From the NCBI RefSeq assembly GCF_009914755.1, contig NC_060933.1: a stretch of DNA of 64,000 nucleotides. The stretch is one strand, 5' to 3'. The notes under the pieces are model-generated. The model was given only the letters and a program-made list of their open reading frames with translations. It searched no databases and was not told where the DNA came from. Source of the stretch: the human T2T-CHM13v2.0 reference genome, Homo sapiens. Every line of letters starts with the position of its first letter. Position 1 is the first letter of the stretch. Shown here piece after piece: positions 13,301 through 28,300 of the stretch. The translations under genes and the position numbers were made by a program.

Positions 13301-16300
13301 GGAATAGAATGGAATGTAACGAATTGTAATGGAATGGAATTGAATGGAATGGAATGGAATCAACGCGAGTGCAGGGGAATGTAATGGAACGGAATGCAAT
13401 GGAATGGAATCATCCGGAATGGAATGGAATGGAATGGAATGGAATAGAATGGAATCAACCCGAGTGCAATGGAATGGAGTGGAATGGAATGGAATGGAAT
13501 GGAACAACCCGAATGGAATGGAATGTAATGGACAGTAAGGGAGTTGAATAGAATCAATCCGAATGTAATGGAATGGAATGCAACGGAATGGAATGGAATG
13601 GAATGCAATGGAATGCAATCAACCCGAGTACAATGGAATGGAATGGAATGGAATGGAATGGAATGGAATGGAATGGAATGGAATGCCTTCAAACCGAATG
13701 GAATGGAAAGGAATGGAATCAACGCGAGTGGAATGGAATGGAATGGAATGGAATGGAATGGAATGGAATGGAATGATACGGAATAGAATGGAATAGAACG
13801 AAATGGAATGGAATGGAATGGAATGGAATGGAATGGAATGGAATGGAATGGAATCGTTCCGAGTGGAATAGGAGGGAATGTATTCGAGTGGAATGGAAAG
13901 GAATGGAATCAACCAGAGTGGAATGGAAGGGAATGGAATGGAATGGAAACTAATAGAATGGAATCAACCCGAGTGGAATGGAATGGAAAGGACTGGAATG
14001 GAATGGAATGGAATGGAATGGAATGGAATGGAATCAACTCGATTGGAATGGAATGGAATGGAATGGAATGGAATGGAATTAACCCGAATACCATGGAATG
14101 GAATGGAATGGAACGGAATGGAGTGGAATGGAATGGAATCAACCCGAGTGCAGGGGAATGGAATGGAATGGAATGCAATGGAATGGAATCATCCAGAATG
14201 GAATGGAATGGAATGGAATGCAATGGAATGGAATGGAATGGAATCAACTCGAATGCAGTTGAATGGAATGGAATGGAATTAACCCGAATAGAATGGAATG
14301 GAATGGAATGGAACGGAACGGAACGGAACGGAACGGCATGGAATGGAATGGAATAGAATGGAATGGAACGGAAAGGAATGGAATGGAATGGAATGGAATG
14401 GAATGGAATGGAATGGAATGGAATGGAATGAACGTGAGTGCAGAGGAATGGAATGGAATGGAATGCAATGGAATGGAATCTTCTGGAATGGAATGGAATG
14501 GAATGGAATGGAATGGAATGGAATGGAATCAACTCGATTGGAATGGAATGGAATGGAATGGAATGGAATGGAATGGAATGGAATGGAATTAACCCGAATA
14601 CCATGGAATGGAATGGAATGGAACGGAATGGAGTGGAATGGAATGGAATCAACCCGAGTGCAGGGGAATGGAATGGAATGGAATGCAATGGAATGGAATC
14701 ATCCGGAATGGAATGGAATGGAATGGAATGCAAAGCAATGGAATCAACTCGATTGCAATGGAATGGAATGGAATGGAAAGGAATACATTGGAAACAACCC
14801 GATTGGAATGCAATGGAAAGGACTGGAATGGAGTGGAATAGAATGGAATGGAATGGAATGGAATGGAATGGAAAGGAATCAACTCGATTGGAATGGAATG
14901 GAATGGAATGGAATGGAATGGAATGGAATTAACCCGAATAGAATGGAATGGAATGGAATGGAACGGAACGGAACGGAACGGAACGGAATGGAATGGAATG
15001 GAATGGAATGGAATGGAATCAACCCGACTGCAGGGGAATGGTATGGAATGGAATGCAATGGAATGGATTCAACTTGAATGGAATGGAAAGAATGGAATCA
15101 ACACGATGGGAATGGCATGGATTGGAATGGAATGGAATGGAATGAACCCGAGTACAGGGGAATGGAATGGAATGGAATGCAATGGAATGGAATCATCCGT
15201 AATGGAATGGAAAGGAATGGAATGGAATGGAATGGAATGGAATCAACTCGATTGCAATCGAATGGAATGGAATGGAATTAACCCGAATAGAAAGGAATGG
15301 AATGGAATGGAACGGAACGGAACGGAATGGAATGGAATGGAATGGAATGGAACGGAAAGGAATGGAATGGAATGGAATGGAATGGAATGGAATGGAATGG
15401 AATGGAATCAACGCGAGTGCAGGGGAATGGAATGGAATGGAATGCAATGGAATGGAATCTTCCGGAATGGAATGGAATGGAATGGAATGGAATGGAATGG
15501 AATGCAATGGATTCAACTCGATTGCAATGGAATGGAATAGAATGCAATGGAATGGAATGGAATGGAATTAACCCGAATACAATGGAATGGAATGCAATGG
15601 AACGGAATGGAATGGAATGGAATTGAATGCAATGCAATGGAATGGTATGGAATGGAATGGAATGGTACGGAATAGAATGGAATGTAACGAATTGTAATGG
15701 AATGGAATTGAATGGAATGGAATGGAATCAACGCGAGTGCAGCGGAATGTAATGGAACGGAATGCAATGGAATGGAATCATCCGGAATGGAATGGAATGG
15801 AATGGAATGGAATAGAATGGAATCAACCCGAGTGCAATGGAATGGAGTGGAATGGAATGGAATGGAATGGAACAACCCGAATGGAATGGAATGTAATGGA
15901 CAGTAAGGGAGTTGAATAGAATCAATCCGAATGTAATGGAATGGAATGCAACGGAATGGAATGGAATGGAATGCAATGGAATGCAATCAACCCGAGTACA
16001 ATGGAATGGAATGGAATGGAATGGAATGGAATGGAATGGAATGGAATGCCTTCAAACCGAATGGAATGGAAAGGAATGGAATCAACACGAGTGGAATGGA
16101 ATGGAATGGAATGGAATGGAATGGAATGGAATGGAATGATACGGAATAGAATGGAATGGAACGAAATGGAATGGAATGGAATGGAATGGAATGGAATGGA
16201 ATGGAATGGAATCGTTCCGAATGGAATAGGAGGGAATGTATTCGAGTGGAATGGAAAGGAATGGAATCAACCAGAGTGGAATAGAAGGGAATGGAATGGA

Positions 16301-19300
16301 ATGGAAACTAATAGAATGGAATCAACCCGAGTGGAATGGAATGGAAAGGACTGGAATGGAATGGAATGGAATGGAATGGAACGGAATGGAATCAACTCGA
16401 TTGGAATGGAATGGAATGGAATGGAATGGAATGGAATGGAATTAACCCGAATACCATGGAATGGAATGGAATGGAACGGAATGGAGTGGAATGGAATGGA
16501 ATCAACCCGAGTGCAGGGGAATGGAATGGAATGGAATGCAATGGAATGGAATCATCCGGAATGGAATGGAATGGAATGGAATGCAAAGCAATGGAATCAA
16601 CTCGATTGCAATGGAATGGAATGGAATGGAATGGAATACATTGGAATCAACCCGATTGGAATGCAATGGAAAGGACTGGAATGGAGTGGAATAGAATGGA
16701 ATGGAATGGAATGGAATGGAATGGAAAGGAATCAACTCGATTGGAATGGAATGGAATGGAATGGAATGGAATGGAATGGAATTAACCCGAATAGAATGGA
16801 ATGGAATGGAATGGAACGGAACGGAACGGAACGGAATGGAAAGGAATGGAATGGAATGGAATGGAATGGAATCAACCCGACTGCAGGGGAATGGTATGGA
16901 ATGGAATGCAATGGAATGGATTCAACTTGAATGGAATGGAAAGAATGGAATCAACACGATGGGAATGGCATGGATTGGAATGGAATGGAATGGAATGAAC
17001 CCGAGTACAGGGGAATGGAATGGAATGGAATGCAATGGAATGGAATCATCCGTAATGGAATGGAAAGGAATGGAATGGAATGGAATGGAATGGAATGGAA
17101 TGGAATGGAATCAACTCGATTGCAATCGAATGGAATGGAATGGAATTAACCCGAATAGAAAGGAATGGAATGGAATGGAACGGAACGGAACGGAATGGAA
17201 TGGAATGGAATGGAATGGAACGGAAAGGAATGGAATGGAATGGAATGGAATGGAATGGAATGGAATGGAATGGAATCAACGCGAGTGCAGGGGAATGGAA
17301 TGGAATGGAATGCAATGGAATGGAATCTTCCGGAATGGAATGGAATGGAATGGAATGGAATGGAATGGAATAATCCCGAATGCAATGGAATGGAGTGGAA
17401 TGGAATGGAATGGAATGGAACAGCCCGAATGGAATGGAATGTAATAGAGAGTAAGGGAGTTGAATAGAATCAATCCGAATGTAATGGAATGGAATGGAAC
17501 GGAATGGAATTGAATGGAATGGAATGGAATGCAATGGAATGGAATCAACCCGAGTGCAATGGAATGGAGAGGAATGGAATGGAATGGAATGGAAACTACC
17601 CGAATGGAATGGAATGTAATGGAGAGTAAGGGAATTGAATAGAATCAATCCGAATGTAATGGAATGGAATGGAACGGAATGGAATGGAATGGAATGGAAT
17701 GGAATGGAATGGAATGGAATGCAATGGAATGGATTCAACTTGAATGGAATGGAAAGAATGGAATCAACACGAGTGGAAGGGCATGGATTGGAATGCAATG
17801 GAATAGAATCAACCCGAGTACAGGGGAATGGAATGGAATGGAATGCAATGGAATGGAATCATCCGTAATGGAATGGAAAGGAATGGAATGGAATGGAATG
17901 GAATTAACTCGAATAGAATGGAATGGAATGGAATGGAATGGAATGGTATGGAATGGAATGGAATGGTACGGAATAGAATGGAATGGAACGAATTGTAATG
18001 GAATGGAATTGAATGGAATGGAATGGAATGGAATGGAATAAACGCGAGTGCAAGGGAATGTAATGGAACGGAATGCAATGGAATGGAATCACCCGGAATG
18101 GAATGGAATGGAATGGAATGGAATCAACCCGAGTGCAATGGAATGGAGTGGAATGGAATGGAATGGAATGGAACAACCCGAATGGAATGGAATGTAATGG
18201 AGAGTAAGGGAGTTGAATAGAATCAATCCGAATGTAATGGAATGGAATGCAACGGAATGGAATGGAAAGGAATGGAATGGAATGGAATGGAATGGAATGG
18301 AATGCAATGGAATGGAATCAACCCGAGTTCAATGGAATGGAAAGGAATGGAATGGAATGGAATGGAATGGAATGGAATGGAATGGAATGGAATGGAATGG
18401 AATGGAATCAACACGATTGCAATCGAATGGAATGGAATGAAATTAACCCGAATAGAATGGAATGGAATGGAATGGAACGGAACGGAATGGAATGGAATGG
18501 AATGGAATGGAACGGAGCGGAACGGAACGGAATTTAATGGAATGGAACGGAATGGAATCAACGCGAGTGCAGGGGAATGGAATGGAATGGAATGCAATGG
18601 AATGGAATCATCCGGAATGGAATGGAATGGAATGGAATGCAAAGCAATGGAATCAACGCGATTGCAATGGAATGGAATGGACTGGAAAGGAATACATTGG
18701 AATCAACCCGAGTGGAATGGAATGGAAAGGACTGGAATGGAGTGGAATGGAATGGAATGGAATGGAATGGAATCAACTCGATTGGAATGGAATGGAACGG
18801 AATGGAATGGAATGGAATTAACCCGAATAGAATGGAATGGAATGAAATGGAATGGAACGGAACGGAATGGAAAGGAATCGAATGGAATGGAATGGAATGG
18901 AATGGAATGGAATCAACCCGACTGCAGGGGAATGGAATGGAATGGAATGCAATGGAATGGATTCAACTTGAATGGAATGGAAAGAATGGAATCAACACGA
19001 GTGGAATGGCATGGATTGGAATGGAATGGAATGGAATCAACCCGAGTACAGGGGAATGGAATGGAATGGAATGCAATGGAATGGAATCATCCGTAATGGA
19101 ATGGAAAGGAATGGAATGAAATGGAATGGAATGGAATGGAATGGAATGGAATGGAATCAACTCGATTGCAATCGAATGGAATGGAATGGAATTAACCCGA
19201 ATAGAAAGGAATGGAATGGAATTGAACGGAACGGAACGGAATGGAATGGAATGGAATGGAATGGAACGGAAAGGAACGGAATGGAATGGAATGGAATGGA

Positions 19301-20220
19301 ATGGAATGGAATGGAATGGAATCAACGCGAGTGCAGGGGAATGGAATGGAATGGAATGCAATGGAATGGAATCTTCCGGAATGGAATGGAATGGAATGGA
19401 ATGGAATGGAATGGAATGGAATAATCCCGAATGCAATGGAATGGAGTGGAATGGAATGGAATGGAATGGAACAGCCCGAATGGAATGGAATGTAATAGAG
19501 AGTAAGGGAGTTGAATAGAATCAATCCGAATGTAATGGAATGGAATGGAACGGAATGGAATTGAATGGAATGGAATGGAATGCAATGGAATGGAATCAAC
19601 CCGAGTGCAATGGAATGGAGAGGAATGGAATGGAATGGAATGGAAACTACCCGAATGGAATGGAATGTAATGGAGAGTAAGGGAATTGAATAGAATCAAT
19701 CCGAATGTAATGGAATGGAATGGAACGGAATGGAATGGAATGGAATGGAATGGAATGGAATGCAATGGAATGGAATCAACCCGAGTGCAATCGAATGGAA
19801 TCGAATGGAATGGAATGCAATGGAATGGATTCAACTTGAATGGAATGGAAAGAATGGAATCAACACGAGTGGAAGGGCATGGATTGGAATGCAATAGAAT
19901 AGAATCAACCCGAGTACAGGGGAATGGAATGGAATGGAATGCAATGGAATGGAATCATCCGTAATGGAATGGAAAGGAATGGAATGGAATGGAATGAAAT
20001 TAACTCGAATAGAATGGAATGGAATGGAATGGAATGGAATGGTATGGAATGGAATGGAATGGTACGGAATAGAATGGAATGGAACGAATTGTAATGGAAT
20101 GGAATTGAATGGAATGGAATGGAATGGAATGGAATCAACGCGAGTGCAAAGGAATGTAATGGAACGGAATGCAATGGAATGGAATCATCCGGAATGGAAT
20201 GGAATGGAATGGAATGGAAT
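6152..20220 (+). repeat. Near-perfect 7.02-kb tandem duplication (~6,152-13,200 and ~13,172-20,220)
   Basis: Line-by-line identity at offset 7,020/7,025 (ORF pairs 6324/13344, 8916/15941, 11442/18462, 12914/19934). Identity begins after 6,151 and ends at 20,220. Confidence 0.93.
9850..13200 (+). repeat. Sub-repeat inside the 7-kb unit: ~1.25-kb block repeated at offset ~2.05-2.10 kb
   Basis: Markers TAATCCCGAAT, AACAGCCCG, GTAATAGAGAG and TAACTCGAATAG occur at ~10,346-10,890 and ~12,402-12,990. ORF pairs 9906/11952, 10610/12666 and 10784/12885 agree. Confidence 0.8.
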
Positions 20221-20959
20221 CAACCCTAGTGCAATGGAATGGAGTGGAATGGAATGGAATGGAATGGAACAACCCGAATGGAATGGAATGTAATGGAGAG
20301 TAAGGGAGTTGAATAGAATCAATCCGAATGTAATGGAATGGAATGCAACGGAATGGAATGGAAAGGAATGGAATGGAATGGAATGGAATGGAATGGAATG
20401 CAATGGAATGGAATCAACCCGAGTTCAATGGAATGGAATGGAATGGAATGGAATGGAATGGAATGCAGTGGAATGGAGTGGAATTGAATGGAATGGAATG
20501 CTTTCAAACCGAATGGAATGGAAAGGAATGGAATCAACACGAGTGGAATGGAATGAAATGGAAAGGAATGGAATGGAATTGAACGGAACGGAACGGAATG
20601 GAATGGAATGGAATGGAATGGAACGGAAAGGAATGGAATGGAATGGAATGGAATGGAATGGAATGGAATGGAATCAACGCGAGTGCAGGGGAATGGAATG
20701 GAATGGAATGCAATGGAATGGAATCTTCCGGAATGGAATGGAATGGAATCGAATGCAATGGAATGGAATCATCCGTAATGGAATAGAAAGGAATGGAATG
20801 GAATGGAATGGAATGGAATGGAATGGAATGGAATCAACTCTATTGCAATCGAATGGAATGGAGTGGAATTAACCCGAATAGAATGGAATGGAATGGAATG
20901 GAACGGAACGGAATGGAATGGAATGGAATGGAACGTAACGGAATGGAATGGATGGAATG

Positions 20960-23900
20960 GAATGGAATCAACGCGAGTGCAGGGGAATGGAATGGAATGG
21001 AATGCAATGGAATGGAAACTTCCGGAATGGAATGGAATGGAATGGAATGGAATGAAATGCAATGGATTCAACTCGATTGCAATGGAATGGAATAGAATGG
21101 AATGAAATGGAATGGAATGCAATTAATCCGAATAGAATGGAATGGAATGGAATGGAACGGAATGGAACAGAATGGAATGGAATGGAATGGAATGGAATGG
21201 AATGGAATGGTATGGAATAGAATGGAATGGTACGGAATAGAATGGAATGGAACGAATTGTAATGGAATGGAATGGAATGGAATGGAATGGAATGGAATGG
21301 AATGGAATGGAATCAACGCGAGTGCAGGGGAATGTAATGGAACGGAATGCAATGGAATGGAATCATCCGGAATGGAATGGAATGGAATGGAATGGAATGG
21401 AATGGAATCAACCCGAGTGCAATGGAATGGAGTGGAATGGAATGGAATGGAATGGAACAACCCGAATGGAATGGAATGTAATGGAGAGTAAGGGAGTTGA
21501 ATAGAATCAATCCGAATGTAATGGAATGGAATGCAACGGAATGGAATGGAATGGAATGGAATGGAATGCAATGGAATGGAATCAACCCGAGTACAATGGA
21601 ATGGAATGGAATGGAATGGAATGGAATGGAATGGAATGGAATGATACGGAATAGAATGGAATGGAAAGAAATGGAATTGAATGGAAAGGAATGGAATGGA
21701 ATGGAATGGAATCGTTCCGAGTGGAATAGGAGGGAATGTATTCGAGTGGAATGGAAAGGAATGGAATCAACCAGAGTGGAATGGAAGGGAATGGAATGGA
21801 ATGGAAACTAATAGAATGGAATCAACCCGAGTGGAATGGAATGGAAAGGACTGGAATGGAATGGAATGCAATGGAATCAACTCGTTTGTAATGGAATGGA
21901 ATGGAATGGAATGGAATGGAATGGAATGGAATGGAATTAACCCGAATAAAACGGAAGGGAATGGAATGGAATGGAAACTAATAGAATGGAATCAACCCGA
22001 GTGGAATGGAATGGAAAGGACTGGAATGGAATGGAATGGAATGGAATCAACTCGATTGTAATGGAATGGAATGGAATGGAATGGAATGGAATGGAATTAA
22101 CCCGAATACAATGGAATGGAATGGAATGGAATGGAATGGAGTGGAATGGAATGGAATCAACCCGAGTGCAGGGGAATGGAATGGAATACAATGCAATGGA
22201 ATGGAATCATCCGGAATGGAATCGAATGGAATGGAATGCAAAGCAATGGAATCAACTCCATTGCAATGGAATGGAATGGAATGGAAAGGAATACATTGGA
22301 ATCAACCCGAGTGGAAGGGAATGGAAAGGACTGGAATGGAGTGGAATCGAATGGAATGCAATGGAATGGAATGGAATGGAATCAACTTGATCGGAATGGA
22401 ATGGAATGGAATGGAATGGAATGGAATGGAATGGAATGGAATCAACCCGACTGCAGGGGAATGGAATGGAATGGAATGCAATGGAATGGATTCAACTTGA
22501 ATGGAAGGGAAAGAATGGAATCAACACGAGTGGAATGGCATGGATTGGAATGGAATGGAATGGAATCAACCCGAGTACAGGGGAATGGAATGGAATGGAA
22601 TGCAATGGAATGGAATCATCCGTAATGGAATGGAAAGGAATGGAATGGAATGGAAAGGAATGGAATGGAATGGAATGGAATGGAATGGAATCAACTCGAT
22701 TGCAATCGAATGGAATGGAATGGAATTAACCCGAATAGAATGGAATGGAATGGAATGGAACGGAACGGAATGGAATGGAATGGAATGGAATGGAACGGAA
22801 CGGAACGGAATGGAATGGAATGGAATGGAATGGAATCAACGCGAGTGCAGGGGAATGGAATGGAATGGAATGCAATGGAATGGAATCTTCCGGAATGGAA
22901 TGGAATTGAATGGAATGGAATGGAATGGTATGGAATAAACCCGAGTGCAATGGAATGGAGTGGAATGGAATGGAATGGAATGGAACAACCCGAATGGAAT
23001 GGAATGTAATGGAGAGTAAGGGAGTTGAATAGAATCTATCCGAATGTAATGGAATGGAATGGAACGGAATTGAATGGAATGGAATGGAATGGAATGCAAA
23101 GGAATGGAATCAACCCGAGTTCAATGAAATGGAGAGGAATGGAATGGAATGGAATGGAAACTACCCGAATGGAATGGAATGTAATGGAGTGTAAGGGAAT
23201 TGAATAGAATCAATCCGAATGTAATGGAATGGAATGGAACGGAATGGAATGGAATGGAATGGAATGGAATGGAATGGAATGGAATGGAATGCAATGGAAT
23301 GGAATCAACCCGAGTGCAATCGAATGGAATCGAATGGAATGGAATGCAATGGAATGGATTCAACTTGAATGGAATGGAAAGAATGGAATCAACACGAGTG
23401 GAATGACATGGATTGGAATGGAATGGAATGGAATCAACCCGAGTACAGGGGAATGGAATGGAATGGAATGCAATGGAATGGAATCATCCGGAATGGAATG
23501 GAATGGAATGGAATGGAATGGAATGGAATGGAATGGAATCAACTCGATTGCATTCGAATGGAATGGAATGGAATTAACCCGAATAGAATGGAATGGAATG
23601 GAATGGAACGGAACGGAATGGAATGGAATGGAATGGAATGGAACGGAAAGGAAGGGAATGGAATGGAATAGAATGGAATGGAATGGAATCAACGCGAGTG
23701 CAGGGGAATGGAATGGAATGGAATGCAATGGAATGGAATCTTCCGGAATGGAATGGAATGGAATGGAATGGAATGGAATGGAATGGAATCAACCCGAGTG
23801 CAATGGAATGGAGTGGAATGGAATGGAATGGAATGGAACAACCCGAATGGAATGGAATGTAATGGAGAGTAAGGGAGTTGAATAGAATCAATCCGAATGT

Positions 23901-25360
23901 AATGGAATGGAATGGAACGGAATGGAATGGAATGGAATGGAATGGAATGGAATGGAATGGAATGCAATGGAATGGAATCAACTCGAGTGCAATCGAATGG
24001 AATCGAATGGAATGGAATGCAATGGAATGGAATCAACTTGAATGGAATGGAAAGAATGGAATCAACACGAGTGGAATGGCATGGATTGGAATGGAATGGA
24101 ATGGAATCAACCCGAGTACAGGGGAATGGAATGGAATGGAATGCAATGGAATGGAATCATCCGTAATGGAATGGAAAGGATTGGAATGGAATGGAATGCA
24201 ATGGAATGGAATGGAATGGAATCAACTCGATTGCAATCGAATGGAATGGAATGGAATTAACCCAAATAGAATGGAATGGAATGGAATGGAACGGAACGGA
24301 ATGGAATGGAATGGAATGGAACGGAACGGAATGGAATGGAATGGAATGGAATGGAACGGAACGGAATGGAATGGAATGGAATGGAACGGAACGGAATGGA
24401 ATGGAATGGAATGGAATGGAATCAACGCGAGTGCAGGGGAATGGAATGGAATGGAATGCAATGGAATGGAAACTTCCGTAATGGAATGGAATGGAATGGA
24501 ATGGAATGAAATGCAATGGATTCAACTCGATTGCAATGGAATGGAATAGAATGGAATGAAATGGAATGGAATGCAATTAATCCGAATAGAATGGAATGGA
24601 ATGGAATGGAACGGAATGGAACGGAATGGAATGGGACGGAATGGAATGGAATGGTATGGAATGGAATGGAATGGTACGGAATAGAATGGAATGGAACGAA
24701 TTGTAATGGAATGGAATTGAATGTAATGGAATGGAATGGAATGGAATCAACGCGAGTGCAGGGGAATGTAATGGAACGGAATGCAATGGAATGGAATCAT
24801 CCGGAATGGAATGGAATGGAATGGAATGCAATGGAATCAACCCGAGTGCAATGGAATGGAGTGGAATGGAATGGAATGGAATGGAACAACCCGAATGGAA
24901 TGGAATGTAATGGAGAGTAAGGGAGTTGAATAGAATCAATCCGAATGTAATGGAATGGAATGCAACGGAATGGAATGGAATGGAATGGAATGGAATGCAA
25001 CGGAATGGAATCAACCCGAGTACAATGGAATGGAATGGAATGGAATGGAATGGAATGGAATGGAATGGAATGATACGGAATAGAATGGAATGGAACGAAA
25101 TGGAATTGAATGGAAAGGAATGGAATGGAATGGAATGGAATCGTTCCGAGTGGAATAGGAGGGAATGTATTCGAGTGGAATGGAAAGGAAAGGAATCAAC
25201 CAGAGTGGAATGGAAGGGAATGGAATGGAATGGAAACTAATAGAATGGAATCAACCCGAGTGGAATGGAATGGAAAGGACTGGAATGGAATGGAATGGAA
25301 TGGAATCAACTCGATTGTAATGGAATGGAATGGAATGGAATGGAATGGAATGGAATGGAA
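20960..25360 (+). repeat. ~0.95-kb block duplicated at offset ~3.43-3.45 kb (~20,960-21,930 and ~24,415-25,360)
   Basis: Shared rare variants GGAAACTTCC (~21,014/~24,468) and GCAATTAATCCG (~21,119/~24,573). ORF pairs 21497/24926 and 21582/25011 have offset 3,429. Confidence 0.78.
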
Positions 25361-28300
25361 TGGAATCAACCCGATTGCAATCGAATGGAATGGAATGGAA
25401 TTAACCCGAATAGAATGGAATGGAATGGAATGGAACGGAACGGAACGGAATGGAAAGGAATGGAATGGTATGGAATGGAATGGAATGGAATTAACCGGAA
25501 TAGAATGGAATGGAATGGAATGGAATGGAATGGAATTAACCGGAATAGAATGGAATGGAATGGAATGGAACGGAATGGAATGGAATAGAAGGGAATGGAA
25601 TCAACACGAGTGCAGGAGAATGGAATGGAATGGAATGCAATGGAATGGAATCATCCGGAATGGAATGGAATGGAATGGAATAATCTCCATTGCAATGGAA
25701 TGGAATGGAATGGAATGGAATAGAATGGAATGGAATTAACCCGAATAGAATGGAATGCAATAGAATGGAATGCAACGGAACCGAATGGAGTGGAATGGAA
25801 TGGAATGGAATCTACCCGAGTACAGGGGAATGGAATTGAATGGAATGCAATGGAAAGGAATCATCCGGAATGGAATGGAATGGAATGGAATGGAATGGAA
25901 TGGAATGGAATGGAATCAACCCGACTGCAGGGGAATGGAATGGAATGGAATGCAATGGAATGGATTCAACTTGAATGGAATGGAAAGAATGGAATCAACA
26001 AGAGTGGAATGGCATGGATTGGAATGGAATGGAATGGAATCAACCCGAGTACAGGGGAATGGAATGGAATGGAATGCAATGGAATGGAATCAACCGTAAT
26101 GGAATGGAAAGGAATGGAATGGAATGGAATGGAATGGAATCAACTCGATTGCAATCGAATGGAATGGAATGGAATTAACCCGAATAGAATGGAATGGAAT
26201 GGAACGGAACGGAATGGAATGGAATGGAATGGAATGGAACGGAACGGAATGGAATGGAATGCAATGGAATGGAATCAACTTGAATGGAATGGAAAGAATG
26301 GAAACAACACGAGTGGAATGGCATGGATTGGAATGGAATGGAATGGAATCAACCCGAGTACAGGGGAATGGAATGGAATGGAATGCAATGGAATGGAATC
26401 ATCCGTAATGGAATGGAAAGGAATGGAATGGAATGGAATGGAATGGAATGGAATGGAATGGAATCAACTCGATTGCAATCGAATGGAATGGAATGGAATT
26501 AACCCGAATAGAAAGGAATGCAATGGAATGGAACGGAACGGAATGGAATGGAATGGAATGGAACGGAATGGAACGGAATGGAATGGAATGGAGTGGAATG
26601 GAATGGTATGGAATGGAATGGAATGGTACGGAATAGAATGGAATGGAACGAATTGTAATGGAATGGAATTGAATGGAATGGAATGGAATGGAATGGAAAC
26701 AACGCGAGTGCAGGGGAATGTAATGGAACGGAATGCAATGGAATGGAATCATCCGGAATGGAATGGAATGGAATGGAATGGAATGGAATGGAATGGAATC
26801 AACGCGAGTGCAATGGAATGGAGTGGAATGGAATGGAATGGAATGGAACAACCCGAATGGATTGGAATGTAATGGAGAGTAAGGGAGTTGAATAGAATCA
26901 TTCCGAATGTAATGGAATGGAATGCAACGGAATGGAATGGAATAGAATGGAATGGAATGCAATGGAATGGAATGATACGGAATAGAATGGAATGGAACGA
27001 AATGGAATGGAATGGAATGGAATGGAATGGAATGGAATCGTTCTGAGTGGAATAGGAGGGAATGTATTCGAGTGGAATGGAAAGGAATGGAATCAACCAG
27101 AGTGGAATGGAAGGGAATGGAATGGAATGGAAACTAATAGAATGGAATCAACCCGAGTGGAATGGAATGGAAAGGACTGGAATGGAATGGAATGGAATGG
27201 AATCAACTCGATTGGAATGGAATGGAATGGAATGGAATGGAATGGAATGGAATTAACCCGAATACAATGGAATGGAATGGAATGGAACGGAATGGAGTGA
27301 AATGGAATGGAATCAACACGAGTGCAGGGGAATGGAATGGAATGGAATGCAATGGAATGGAATCATCCGGAATGGAATGGAATGGAATGGAATGCAAAGC
27401 AATGGAATCAACTCGATTGCAATGGAATGGAATGGAACGGAAAGGAATACATTGGAATCAACCCGAGTGGAATGGAATGGAAAGGACTGGAATGGAGTGG
27501 AATGGAATGGAATGGAATGGAATGGAATCAACTCGATTGGAATGGAATGGAATGGAATGGAATGGAATGGAATTAACCCGAGTAGAAAGGAATGGAATGC
27601 AATGGAACGGAACGGAACGGAATGGAATGGAATGGAATGGAATGGAATGGAATGGAATCAACCCGACTGCAGGGGAATGGAATGGAATGGAATGCAATGG
27701 AATGGATTCAACTTGAATGGAATGGAAAGAATGGAATCAACACGAGTGGAATGGCATGGATTGGAATGGAATGGAATGGAATCAACCCGAGTACAGGGGA
27801 ATGGAATGGAATGCAATGCAATGGAATGGAATCATCCGTAATGGAATGGAAAGGAATGGAATGGAATGGAATGGAATGGAATGGAATGGAATCAACTCGA
27901 TTGCAATCGAATGGAATGGAATGGAATTAACCCGAATAGAATGGAATGGAATGGAATGGAACGGAACGGAACGGAACGGAACGGAACGGAATGGAATGGA
28001 AAGGAATGGAATGGAATGGAATGGAATGGAATGGAATGGAATGGAATGGAATGGAATCAACGCGAGTGCAGGGGAATGGAATGGAATGGAATGCAATGGA
28101 ATGGAATCTTCCAGAATGGAATGGAATGGAATGGAATGGAATGGAATGGAATGGAATCAACCCGAGTGCAATGGAATGGAGTGGAATGGAATGGAATGGA
28201 ATGGAACAACCCGAATGGAATGGAATGTAATGGAGACTAAGGGAGATGAATAGTATCAATCCGAATGTAATCGAATGGAATGGAACGGAATGGAATTGAA

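Noticed and set aside
20960-25360. ~3.4-kb offset suggesting the Y-chromosome DYZ1 unit
   Set aside because: Only a ~1-kb block repeats once at this offset and there is no sustained ~3.5-kb periodicity, so assignment to DYZ1 is unsupported.
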